NCBI GenBank assembly: GCA_030141605.1
Contig: JAQGDQ010001436.1
Coordinates: 1 to 41,208 of the forward strand
Source: Tubiluchus corallicola
Lineage: Eukaryota > Animalia > Priapulida
Direction: 5' to 3'
Length of the DNA stretch: 41,208 nt
A program made the position numbers and the translations under genes. The notes beneath the pieces were generated by a model, which worked only from the letters and a program-made list of their open reading frames with translations, ran no database searches and had not been told where the DNA came from. Below are positions 12,927-24,282 of the stretch, in pieces (position 1 is the stretch's first letter; each line of letters starts with the position of its first letter).

Positions 12927-13519
12927 ATGAATTTCTGTTTTTATTTCTCAATTTTACCATTACTCTGGGCAGCACGAACATGAGATTTTCTTCCTGGTGC
13001 TGCCCGGAGGCATAGCAAAAGCCTTAAATGCTTTCTGCGTAAATTCCCATTGTAAACTCGTTGTATGTTCATGGTAAATCTAATAAATTGTATGTACAAT
13101 CGTATACAAAATAAGTATGTACGTGCGATTTCGGTAGTGATGAAGTTAAAATAATGCTTTACGCTTTATTAATTGGCTATACTTGTTAGTAAACATTACA
13201 GTGTTTATGTTTAAGTTAATTAACCTTTTAATTTACATTTTACATTTTTGTATTTGCATACAAAAATTTGTGAATAATTCTTAATTCTAAATGTCATCAA
13301 AATTAAGAAACTTACACGAATTTAAAAAGTTCACATGGGTTTACAACGGAAATCATTTGATTTTCAAAGATAGGCTAATTTTGACTTTCCTCAAGCAGGT
13401 AATTTTTCAATATTAAACGCTGTTGTCGATTAATCGCTAAATTTCTAAACTTTATGAAATTGACTGATTTCAAATTATTACACCACCAAACAAAAGAAAT
13501 TCGTATAACGTACTTGCAA

Positions 13520-13900
13520 AATGGAGTTGGCCATGCATAGACAGTGGCTACCCATCACGCCAATGAAAACTGGATGTATATTGACTGCAGTAATAGCACA
13601 GCATACGGTATTCGCTGTATGATTAATGGTACCCTATCAAACGGTAGCAAACATCAAATTATTTTGCTTGTACAGTAACTGTAGCCAGTCGGGGCAGTTT
13701 GTTACAGTATAACTGGGTCTTTATGGCAGCCAGAAACATTAAAAAGCCATAAAAGATTGTAGATATATCGAGAACACCATTAACAATGCCTAATGATCCT
13801 GTGTGCTCAACGTATACAGACTGACTAACTATTAGAGTCTCAGACAGGCAGTTCATACTCTGCTCTGCTCTGTTAACAGTAGGAGACTGAGCTCTCTCTC
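13520..13900. promoter_or_regulatory. Island with Pbx-Hox and posterior-Hox motifs; mirror ~27238..27618
   Basis: TGATTAATGG 13620-29, TTTATGG 13720, CCATAAAA 13747, CCATTAA 13777. Confidence 0.35.
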
Positions 13901-14129
13901 GTGTTGTAAGAGTTGAAGGGTGTTCGTGAGGTGATATTTCACAGTTTTGTGACTGTTATTTCGCTAAGAAAACGCGTTACGTTTTTGCAGATTCGTGAAA
14001 TGCTGAACAGCGTGTGGGTAAAGCCTTAATTGGATACGGCGAAGAGGTTTAGTGCATTCTGTACGTTGCTTCAATGGCGTGATGATATGTGTACGTATTT
14101 TTCTCAAAAGATTGTTTTAGCTTCTTAAC

Positions 14130-14660
14130 AAGAAATGTCACGTGATTATACGTTTCATTTTACAAATGTCTCAGTTTGCTTGTGTGTCTAATAATGAAGG
14201 AAACGCATACGTAATGTATTTATTCTGTCTGCCGTATACACGCCATTTTGCGTGGAACCATGCCATAGAGCACCAATACTTTTTCAACAATGATAAAAGA
14301 CGTATCTAGTTATATAACGTGTAAACAATATATGAATTTTGCTCATCAGACGAATTTTTTCAAGCTACGTTCTACGTAGAGTATATACCCTTTCGTTGAG
14401 CACCTCTAGCATAATCGTTTTCATCTCTAACTTAGTGTCTACGCATGCGCAAGAATAGCTTGGTATTCGGCTTTTGAAAGCTATAACAAGCTCGTTTGCG
14501 CTGATTCAACTGTACTGCGTGCTTAAATACTCCTTTTTAGCCTTTGACTACAATTTACGCCGCCATGTTTTTCTTAACATTCTTGAGTTTTGTCGACGCT
14601 TCTGGGCGACAGATGGCGCTGTGATGTCACCTTACAATCGGTTACTCACCTGGAAATATC
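14130..14660. promoter_or_regulatory. Promoter/insulator-like island (E-box, YY1, NRF1, CTCF-like motifs); mirror ~26478..27008
   Basis: TCACGTGA 14138, CGCCATTTT 14241, tacGCATGCGCA 14440, CGCCGCCATGTT ~14558, CAGATGGCGCT ~14610, minus-strand donor CAG/GTGAGT ~14644-52. Confidence 0.35.
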
Positions 14661-15061
14661 TGGAATACATTTTCTGTAGAATTCCTTCTTTACAGCTTTA
14701 CTTTATTCGTGTTTTGGTGGGTCTGGACTTTAATTTAAATTTTTAATTAATGTAAATTTAATGTAAAAAATGTAATTAATGTAAATTTGATGTGAAAAAT
14801 GTAAAAAATGTTTCGGCACTTCATTGTTTAACACTTTTTTATTAATCATCTCCTTTTTTATTTTTTGCAATTCATTTGTTACGTGAATAGCTTAGGCGAT
14901 ATTAGTCATAATGCTTTAACTAACGGGGAATCACTGTTTACACACTTGCTAATGTGTAGTCATTGTTAAGGGTTAAAAAATTTCTGAGCTGGCCAGCCTG
15001 TAGAGTAAAAGTTATTGCCGTAATGATAAAGATCCTCGATGAACTATATTCGTTGCATTGA

Positions 15062-15193
15062 GATGATGATGATGATGACGATGATGATGTCGACGACGAC
15101 GACGATGGCGATGATGATGATGACAGTGATTATGGTGATGATGATGACGACGATGATGTGATGATGATGATGATTTTGATGATGATGATGATA

Positions 15194-15228
<35 letters not shown>

Positions 15229-15290
15229 AAATTTTAAATATTATACAGATGGTACATGGTGCCCGTTTTTGCAGGCAGAAAGGATTTATC

Positions 15291-15330
<40 letters not shown>

Positions 15331-15391
15331 TGAAAGGATTAATAATAACTATATAACACACACACACACACACACGCACACGCACACACAC
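15062..15391 (+). repeat. Microsatellite cluster (GAT)n, (TA)n, (CA)n; mirror ~25747..26073
   Basis: Direct reading; source of the poly-M, poly-H and poly-I ORFs. Confidence 0.95.
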
Positions 15392-15936
15392 AACGAAACA
15401 ACACGAAAAACTAAAAAAACGAGTCAACAAAACTGAAACAAACTTTCAATTTAGTATTGTTTCGTAAGCCCCACACCTGATCTTACACACAAGTTGATCT
15501 CGTAAATTTCTATTTTATGTAAAATTACGTCTTACAGTTTAAACCAGTGAAAATTCGTGTTTATACGGCGTGGTCTGTTTACTGGCAAATCCATTTAGCA
15601 GAGACTCATAAAGATTTAGAGTCCCCGTTTAACAAGTCTTTAAAATGATTAAAACAAGTTTATAGCCAAGTAGGTAAAATTTGGAGCAAAGACCGGAAAG
15701 CCATATAATTCGACCGTGAAATACGGTAGACTGGCAGGTGAACAATCATTCATGCAGCCAAATTTACAAGTATAGGATTAAAATAGTTTTTTTATAGAGT
15801 AAAATAAATTTTTTTATTACCGTTTTTATTTCTTAGAGACAATAGTTGTAGAAAATGTAAATTATCATCTCATTGCACGCCAGTAAAAATCATCAAATAT
15901 TGTCACAGGAAATTAAAATACATGTAACCGTATTGG

Positions 15937-16004
15937 TCAGCCAGCCAGTCGGTCGATCGGCCAGTCAGTCAGTAAGTCAGTTAGTCACTCAGTCAGTCAG
16001 TCGG
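15937..16004 (+). repeat. Degenerate (CAGT)n; mirror ~25134..25200
   Basis: cagccagccagtcggtcg...cagtcagtcag. Confidence 0.8.
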
Positions 16005-16859
16005 TATAGGATAACTGCTATTCTACGTAAGTATAGACCACAAGTTCGTGAAACACTGTTGTTACTTAGTAAAATATTAAGTTAAAATACATAATATTGA
16101 GATATTGCAAAAACTGCAAGATTCAAAATTTTGATTCATTAAAATTTTATTTTATTAGCAAGTACGTGGAAAATGTGTGTATTATAAGTGCATTGCTGGG
16201 TTGTTTGAATCACTTTTTGTCAAAAATAACAGTGTTTTCTAAGTGTATTTTACTAATTACACAGACTCAACTTTCATCTACCCCCGCCCCTGACTCCATA
16301 AAACGATTAAAAATGAAATTTTTTTACAAAATTATGTAATGTAATATGTGTTATGTTAGTTTTGTAATGTCAAATGTATAAATAGTGTAAATGTAATGAG
16401 TGAAATTTATGTATATTGTTACATGTTTCTGTTAATTGTGTCATGTCAAATGTATATTGTGTAAAATATGTCATGTAAAATTTAACGTACTTTTGTAATA
16501 TTGTTTTGTAAAAATATTTTAATATGGTGTTTGTAAATTTGTTCATTTATTGTATATAATTAAGCCTTAGTTTTGCACTTTAGTTTTTTTAGTCTGCACG
16601 CATTTGTCTTGAACAGTGTTGTTATTTTAACATTACGCTGAGGCTTACTCAATTTTATTGTAATGAGTAAACCATTTTAATGACAAAGAATTACTATAAA
16701 TATATATATATATATTTATGCCAGGATAAAACATATTTTTTGCGTTTTTACATAAAATTCATATGAATAAGAAATCTTACATAAACAGGTATAAGCCTTT
16801 CTATAAGTTTATATTTTTTGCATGTATCAATAGTAATAATTCGCCGTGCATTTGTAATT

Positions 16860-17065
16860 AATAATGACTCAATATTGTGGCCTATAAAAGCGCGCGTGTG
16901 GTCAGTTGTGGCCAGTGTCCGAACTGCCCCGCCCCCGACGAGTTTTACATGATATCGAGATCAGAAGTGACCGCCAAAGGTCATGTTTCAAGCCGACTAA
17001 ACCCGAATGTTACAGTCATTCCAGGCAAAGCAAAATATTGTACAAGATGATCCAAGGCGGTGAGT
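16860..17065 (+). promoter_or_regulatory. Candidate TATA core promoter and first exon, facing the spacer
   Basis: AP-1 TGACTCA 16865, cTATAAAAg 16883-89, Inr-like TCAGTT 16902 and CCAGTG 16912, GC box 16926-36, donor GCG/GTGAGT at 17060. Confidence 0.45.
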
Positions 17066-17676
17066 GATGTCTGTCAGTCTAGACATCAAGCGTACAAGAT
17101 GTCTGGTTGCATAGAAGCTTGTTAAACTGACTGATTCTTTGTTTGGCTGATTTGAATCTGAAAGATGAAATCAAATATTAATTATAAACTTATTGTAGAA
17201 TACAATTATCTAAGCTTACTTTATATGTTTAATGATTCTATTGTATATTTCAATTTTAAATGTTAAATAATGAATTACTTGTGTTTTTAAACTATCTATG
17301 TAACTACATTCTTGAAAACCAGTTGTATATATCTGTTCTAAACTAAAATGTATTTGTTGCAGAGTGGAAAAACTCCGATCAGTAATATTACTGTATGTCA
17401 ATGCACTTAAAATAATAAAATTTATATATAATAGTTCGACTACCACTAGACTATTCAATTTTTATAAACATTTCGAATTTAGAAAACTAAATGTATATAT
17501 ATATATTATATATAATATATATATATATATATATGTAAGTAATAATTAACATAATATAAAGTATGTGAAATTTTGATGATGGTGATAAATTTTTAATATT
17601 ATACAGTCGGTACAAAGTACAAGTTTTTGCAGGCAGAAATGATATATCCACATATATATATGAATATATAAACAAT

Positions 17677-17848
17677 ATATAAACCTATATCATTTTAATG
17701 CAAAGCCATTTATGTATATAGATAATATCACATTACATAAACCTATATCATTTTTATGCAAAGCCATTTATGTATATAGATAATATCACATTATATAAAC
17801 CTATATCATTTTTATGCAAAGCCATTTATGTATATAGATAATATCACA
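17677..17848 (+). repeat. 58-bp tandem repeat, ~3 copies; mirror ~23294..23465
   Basis: aaacctatat at 17681, 17739 and 17797. Confidence 0.92.
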
Positions 17849-18262
17849 AAGAAAGGCCACCCCGTGCTGCACATAGCTGTTTAGCTGTTGCAATTTTTCA
17901 CTCACTCGACAGCATGAAAGCTTTCGGTTTCTTATAACTTGTCGTCTGAAAGAACCACACAGGTCGAGAAAACTGGGTTGAGAACGTTTTTAACGCAACG
18001 CTGAAGAAATGTTCACATTTTTTTCGTTTCTTTTCTTGTCAAGCCGAATTTTTTGCTTTGCAGCTGTTCCTGCAGTTTTGGCTGTGAAAAATCATCAAAT
18101 TTGAAGGAGCGTCAAAGATTAAATTTAAAACTATTTCTACTTATTTACTGGCGATGCAAACGCAAATATCAAAACCAAATATTCTGAAATCGTAGCAGTG
18201 ATCCGTAGGTCCCTGTTTATAGAAACGTATGTGATATTTTCGTGTATTCATCGCACCTATTT

Positions 18263-18331
18263 ACAATACTTATTTATTATTTAGAAGTGCAAACAATACT
18301 TATTTATTATTTAGAAGTGCAAACAATACTT
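18263..18331 (+). repeat. 30-bp tandem duplication, 2.3 copies; mirror ~22811..22879
   Basis: acaatacttatttattatttagaagtgcaa twice, plus a partial copy. Confidence 0.92.
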
Positions 18332-19922
18332 TCACTTATATGTACCTTTTTATCGGGTTCACATGACAGTGGGCTTATACAAGCCTTTGCTTCTCTAGCC
18401 CACTGCAGTACAATTATTCTTTTATGATAACGATAGTGTATGAAACATAACAATTTAATACACTATGACGTAATAATTTTGATGTCACTGTGTGCTTAAT
18501 GTCATTATATTGTACTGAATGTGATAATAATAAACTAAAAAAACCTCGGAAATAGAATGAGGTCAGATGCATGGAATTAAAAATGTTCTTTAAATTTATT
18601 GTATAGTTCCTTTAATTTGAATTCGTAAATTGTTTATCGAATTGAATTAGATTTTTATTTACTTTTAACAAGGGATAATTAGGAAACGGTAGCACTCAAG
18701 AAGAGCAAAATTTTTATTTAATTAAATATTTAATTAATCAGATAATTGTTACACGTTCAACGAGATAAAGAAAGTCCAAACGTGTAAATTTGAATTCATT
18801 ATTACAGAAGCATTTGCTGCTTTCTGAATGTATTTATGTTTAAGCTAGTCCACTGTACTGTGTCTTATTTTCAAAAACTTTACAGAGTGGCAAAAAAATT
18901 ATTATTGTAATTTCAGCGTCGAATTAATGATGTGCAAAATATTTTAATATTAATATGTGGCGCTGTTGTAGACGTAATTGTTTATTCTTCTTCGTCTTAA
19001 ACTATAGAGAGGAGAAAATAATTCGTATAAAAACATTTCTTTTTTGTCTGTAATTATTGTGATTTGTATAAACAAAAATATACTCATTTAAATTTCAATT
19101 TTTAAACGAATTTGAGGTAGAAAAAACATCTATAGTGTTGAGTGGCATTGCAAAAATGAAATAGTCAGCCATATTGTCTGTAAGATTAAATTTACTGGAA
19201 GATTGTATGTGATAATTATTATATGCAGTGTTATATGCAGTTGCTATCAAAATAATTACAAGTTTAAAAAGTATTTTTACACAGGTGCCTTGGCTAGTAT
19301 CTTTAAACTGTGTTAAAATAATTTAGTAAATGAAAAATTTTAAAAATATGTTGTCAAAATCACCACAAATTATGTGACAATGTGACATAAAAAGATCTCT
19401 TCCGTTTTTTATTTGATAATTATTTATCCTCTTATTTATTTATTTACTAAACAGTTCTACAATAAGTAAATCATGAGCATGTTTATTTATTGTATTATTG
19501 TTTATTAGTTTACAGCGCATTACAAGCCTTATAAATAAATTATCATTTGTGCAACTTTATTGATAAGGCCAATATTAACGCATTCTTTTTGTATATTATA
19601 TTAACTGTATATTATTATATATTTTGTATGTTATAATTATTTTCAATAATAACAGTATGATTTTTATAAAATAACAAGTGCAAAATATCCAAGAAACAAG
19701 GCAAGTTTATTTATAATCCAAATAATAATTATTTATTTTTCGAGTTCTATATTTTATAAACTGCAACAGCAAGTTTGAAATTAAATGAAACGTTTTATAT
19801 TTAGCGAACATTATTTAACAAAATTTTAATGGCATCTCAAAGAAATAATACTTATATCCAATGCTCTATCTGTTATTTATTTATTATTTATTTATTATTA
19901 AATTTTATTTTCAAGACATTGG

Positions 19923-20274
19923 AATTATTCATTGTGGTAATTTCCAAGTTTTGGTAAAATATAGTTAGATATTTTCTATTACATAACAATATCATTATAT
20001 TAACGAAAAGCATTAAATGATTTTTTTACTTATTTCTTATTGGAATCAGTAGCGAAAGATTTACAATAATCTTATAATATTTTAAATGTGAAAAAAGTGA
20101 TTAAATTTTCTATGTGAAACGTATTTGTTATTTCTACGTTTTAGTAATGAGTGTATTATTACAAAAACGTACAAAAAATCTTTCAATGCTTTACGTTAAT
20201 ATAATGATATTGTTCTGTAATAAAAAAATCTAATTACATTTTACCAGAAATCGGAAATTTGTCACAATTAATTA
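19923..20274. mobile_element. Old foldback/MITE-like element: ~105-bp imperfect inverted repeats around a ~140-bp core
   Basis: 19923-20029 (...ggtaaaatatagttagatattttctattacataacaatatcattatattaacgaaaagcatt) matches the reverse complement of 20169-20274 (aatgctttacgttaatataatgatattgttctgtaataaaaaaatctaattacattttacc). No clear TSD; the repeat is certain, the TE call is inferred. Confidence 0.6.
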
Positions 20275-20363
20275 TAAATAACATATTAATTTTGTATACA
20301 TTGTGAGCTAAATATATTTGATACGACGCGTGAACAAATTTTTCTAATTTTGCGAAATTTTAC

Positions 20364-20507
20364 TTACGTATTTTTGTGTGTTTACGAAGAATATATGAAC
20401 GAATATTTTAAACTTTGGTTCATTTTAATTACGTATTTTTGTGTGTTTACGAAGAATATATGAACAAATATGTTAAACTTTGGGCAATTTTAATTACGTA
20501 TTTTTGT
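20364..20507 (+). repeat. 65-bp tandem repeat, ~2.2 copies
   Basis: ttacgtatttttgt at 20364, 20429 and 20494. Confidence 0.9.
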
Positions 20508-20539
20508 AGGTACAGCAAGTTTGTCGGGAAAGTTCATGC

Positions 20540-21110
20540 ATTTCATGCACTACACAGCGGCAAGATGGAGGTTTTATGAGAGGCGGTTACATTTTAATGA
20601 TTCCCATAAAATATCTAGCCTCTTTGAGCTTTCGTACATGTACATTTGAGCGATCAATGGCGCTCAGGTATAATAAAATACAGTAGCCAAGTCGTTAAAC
20701 CGACATTACTACATCACATTAGACGAAAGACTTCGTGCTCTAATTGCATCATCGTCCCAAGCTAAAAGCTCGAGCAAAGATGCTGCAGCAAAGAGCGTCA
20801 TCATCTAACCGAGCCGTCAAGACTGCATCCGCATCGTTGCGATTGTTTACCTCGGTTTGTTTAGTGTAAATACGGGCTTTTCTATTTCGTAAACAAACTC
20901 GCGTAATTTATTAATGCTTGCTGGAGTTGTTAGAAGCAATATTTATGGAGGTTTGGAATGAATGAGAGGGCGAGGATCCGGGAGCTTTCCTACTTTCTTT
21001 CGCCCAGGAGATGCTGAGATAGACGCCTCTCCTCGTGCATCACTTACTGAACTCCAACGTTCTGCAAACTACCACTAAAATGGCGGGTGGAGAACTTCAA
21101 AAAGGTACTA
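20540..21110. promoter_or_regulatory. Single-copy GC-richer island at the palindrome axis (forkhead, Hox and YY1-like motifs)
   Basis: TGTTTAC 20844, TGTTTAG 20858, GTAAATA 20866, GTAAACA 20889; TTTATGA, CCATAAAA, TTTATGG; AAAATGGCG ~21077. Confidence 0.4.
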
Positions 21111-22076
21111 AATTAACATATGTTTCTGATTACGTAAACGTAATTGTTTATATTTAGTGTATAAATTATTAATAAAGTGTATATTTGGTTGGATAGAATT
21201 ATAAACACCAGTAGTTTATACTGTAGGTTTATTATTTCACAACCTTCCCCAACTGAATAACAGTCGTCTAGCTTGTATGAAGTAAGTTTGGTTTTATTAA
21301 TGTTTAATTTCTTCACCTATCAATTTTTACGTATCGATAAAATTAGTGTTGTATGATCACGTTTGTAGTAATAATCTATTATAATAAGAAATTTATTATC
21401 ATTTCGTGAAAAATTAAAAACTTATAAAGCTCTCATTGAAAGATATTAGTGAATATTTTCTGATAATTAATTGAATACGTGCACTATTATTATTCAGACA
21501 GTTTTTGAGCCTAAATATATTATTATACACCTACACTAGACGTCTTTCAAGAAGAAAATATTGTTATTTTCATAATTTCATGAATGTTGTAACATGAAGA
21601 AAGCCTGGGCAGGTTGTTTATTTGTTTACAAATTAATTAATTACTCATTAATAATGAATATCAATTTTTCATTTAATTTAAAAATATTAATTGATCAGTT
21701 TTATATGTTATTTGCTTTAAACAATCACGTATTTTTTAGTACCATACAATAAAAAAAACAAAAACACGCTCATACGTGCCTGTATGCAAAACTACACGTA
21801 TGTATGAAATTATATTATTTCATAGAGCAATGATCTTCTAAAGTCTTTATTAATAAACCTTATTATGCTCTATTTATTAACTTCGGTGCTTTGTAAGTAA
21901 TTTTTATTGGAGCAATTAAATCTATTCATGTTCATTGCCGTTTAAATACACTTCATAAAGTTTACTGTTTTATGGACTAAATGTGTAAACATTCCCTCTG
22001 TAATGATAAACCAATATTTTCCATGTAGAAATATGCCGTAAATAAAAATGTTATTTTGCTTTAATTTAATTTGTTA

Positions 22077-22109
<33 letters not shown>

Positions 22110-22117
22110 ATTATTAA

Positions 22118-22213
<96 letters not shown>

Positions 22214-22244
22214 TATCATTATCATCATTATCATCATCATTATT
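22077..22244 (+). repeat. (ATT)n/(ATC)n microsatellite, probable tail of the adjacent LINE
   Basis: Direct reading; abuts minus-strand AATAAA (tttatt ~22244-49). Confidence 0.9.
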
Positions 22245-22599
22245 TTATTTCAGACATTTACAGTCCACAGAACAAGAACACAAAATAAGGTACAAGTAAA
22301 AGCACTGAGTTAGTTTACAGAAACATAGTTAAGCTTATAAACAAGAAAGGGTTAGTTAGAATGGGTAAATAAAATTCTTTGCCACGACTTAAAAATGGTT
22401 GATCTAAAAATAGTATCAGTATTGTACAACAAGTTATTAATAACAGTATTCTGACTCAAAAACAGCCTACTTCTGAGACTAAACACAGCTTTCCTAGGTA
22501 TGCAGGAAAAACTTGGTACATTGTATCTAAAAATTGTATTAGTGTTGTACAGCAGGTTATTAATAATAGCATTCTGATTCAAAAACAGCCTACTTCCGA
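22245..22599 (-). mobile_element. 3' fragment of a non-LTR retrotransposon (ORF2 C-terminus and 3'UTR) with internal duplication
   Basis: ORF 22352..22582(-) NVPSFSCIPRKAVFSLRSRLFLSQNTVINNLL...STIFKSWQRILF resembles, from memory, C-termini of invertebrate CR1/L2-group RT ORFs; ends ggactgtaaatgtctgaaataaa followed by an (AAT)n tail; ~75 bp duplicated at a 123-bp period. Confidence 0.7.
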
Positions 22600-24076
22600 T
22601 TTTTTAGTTTATTATTATCACATTCAGTACAATATAATGACATTAAGCACACAGTGACATCAAAATTATTACGTCATAGTGTATTAAATTGTTATGTTTC
22701 ATACACTATCGTTATCATAAAAGAATAATTGTACTGCAGTGGGCTAGAGAAGCAAAGGCTTGTATAAGCCCACTGTCATGTGAACCCGATAAAAAGGTAC
22801 ATATAAGTGAAAGTATTGTTTGCACTTCTAAATAATAAATAAGTATTGTTTGCACTTCTAAATAATAAATAAGTATTGTAAATAGGTGCGATGAATACAC
22901 GAAAATATCACATACGTTTCTATAAACAGGGACCTACGGATCACTGCTACGATTTCAGAATATTTGGTTTTGATATTTGCGTTTGCATCGCCAGTAAATA
23001 AGTAGAAATAGTTTTAAATTTAATCTTTGACGCTCCTTCAAATTTGATGATTTTTCACAGCCAAAACTGCAGGAACAGCTGCAAAACAAAAAATTCAGCT
23101 TGAAGAGAAAAGAAACGAAAAAAATGTGAACGTTTCTTCAGCGTCGCGTTAAAAACGTTCTCAACCCAGTTTTCTCGACCTGTGTGGTTCTTTCCGACGA
23201 CAAGTTATAAGAAACCGAAAGCTTTCATGCTGTCGAGTGAGTGAAAAATTGCAACAGCTAAACAGCTATGTGCAGCACGGGGTGGCCTTTCTTTGTGATA
23301 TTATCTATATACATAAATGGCTTTGCATAAAAATGATATAGGTTTATATAATGTGATATTATCTATATACATAAATGGCTTTGCATAAAAATGATATAGG
23401 TTTATGTAATGTGATATTATCTATATACATAAATGGCTTTGCATAAAAATGATATAGGTTTATATATTGTTTATATATTCATATATATATGTGGATATAT
23501 CATTTCTGCCTGCAAAAACTTGTACTTTGTACCGACTGTATAATATTAAAAATTTATCACCATCATCAAGATTTCACATACTTTATATTATGTTAATTAT
23601 TACTTACATATATATATATATATATATTATATATAATATATATATATACATTTAGTTTTCTAAATTCGAAATGTTTATAAAAATTGAATAGTCTAGTGGT
23701 AGTCGAACTATTATATATAAATTTTATTATTTTAAGTGCATTGACATACAGTAATATTACTGATCGGAGTTTTTCCACTCTGCAACAAATACATTTTAGT
23801 TTAGAACAGATATATACAACTGGTTTTCAAGAATGTAGTTACATAGATAGTTTAAAAACACAAGTAATTCATTAGTTAACAATTAAAATTGAAATATACA
23901 ATAGAATTATTAAACATATAAAGTAAGCTTAGATAATTGTATTGTACAATAAGTTTATAATTAATATTTGATTTCATCTTTCAGATTCAAATCAGCCAAA
24001 CAAAGAATCAGTCAGTTTAACAAGCTTCTATGCAACCAGACATCTTGTACGCTTGATGTCTAGACTGACAGACATC

Positions 24077-24282
24077 ACTCACCGCCTTGGATCATCTTGT
24101 ACAATATTTTGCTTTGCCTGGAATGACTGTAACATTCGGGTTTAGTCGGCTTGAAACATGACCTTTGGCGGTCACTTCTGATCTCGATATCATGTAAAAC
24201 TCGTCGGGGGCGGGGCAGTTCGGACACTGGCCACTACTGACCACACGCGCGCTTTTATAGGCCACAATATTGAGTCATTATT
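24077..24282 (-). promoter_or_regulatory. Mirror candidate TATA promoter, facing the spacer
   Basis: cttttatagg 24252-61; the Inr-like word reads TCAGTA in this copy. Confidence 0.45.

Larger units (their letters stand above)
18543..22599. other. Unique spacer (loop) of the palindrome, ~4.06 kb
   Basis: No long mirror match; ORFs here (21113, 22071, 22352) have no twins. Confidence 0.95.

Noticed and set aside
15044-15436. Poly-His, poly-Met and poly-Ile ORFs
   Set aside because: Translations of (GAT)n, (TA)n and (CA)n microsatellites.
15470-15742. Possible MITE ending aaatacggtagactggcaggtg
   Set aside because: No convincing partner TIR or TSD.
20500-20535. cagcaagtttgtcggga as a Helitron 3' end
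   Set aside because: No terminal CTRR and no clear hairpin.
22071-22313. Poly-Ile ORF
   Set aside because: (ATT)n microsatellite.
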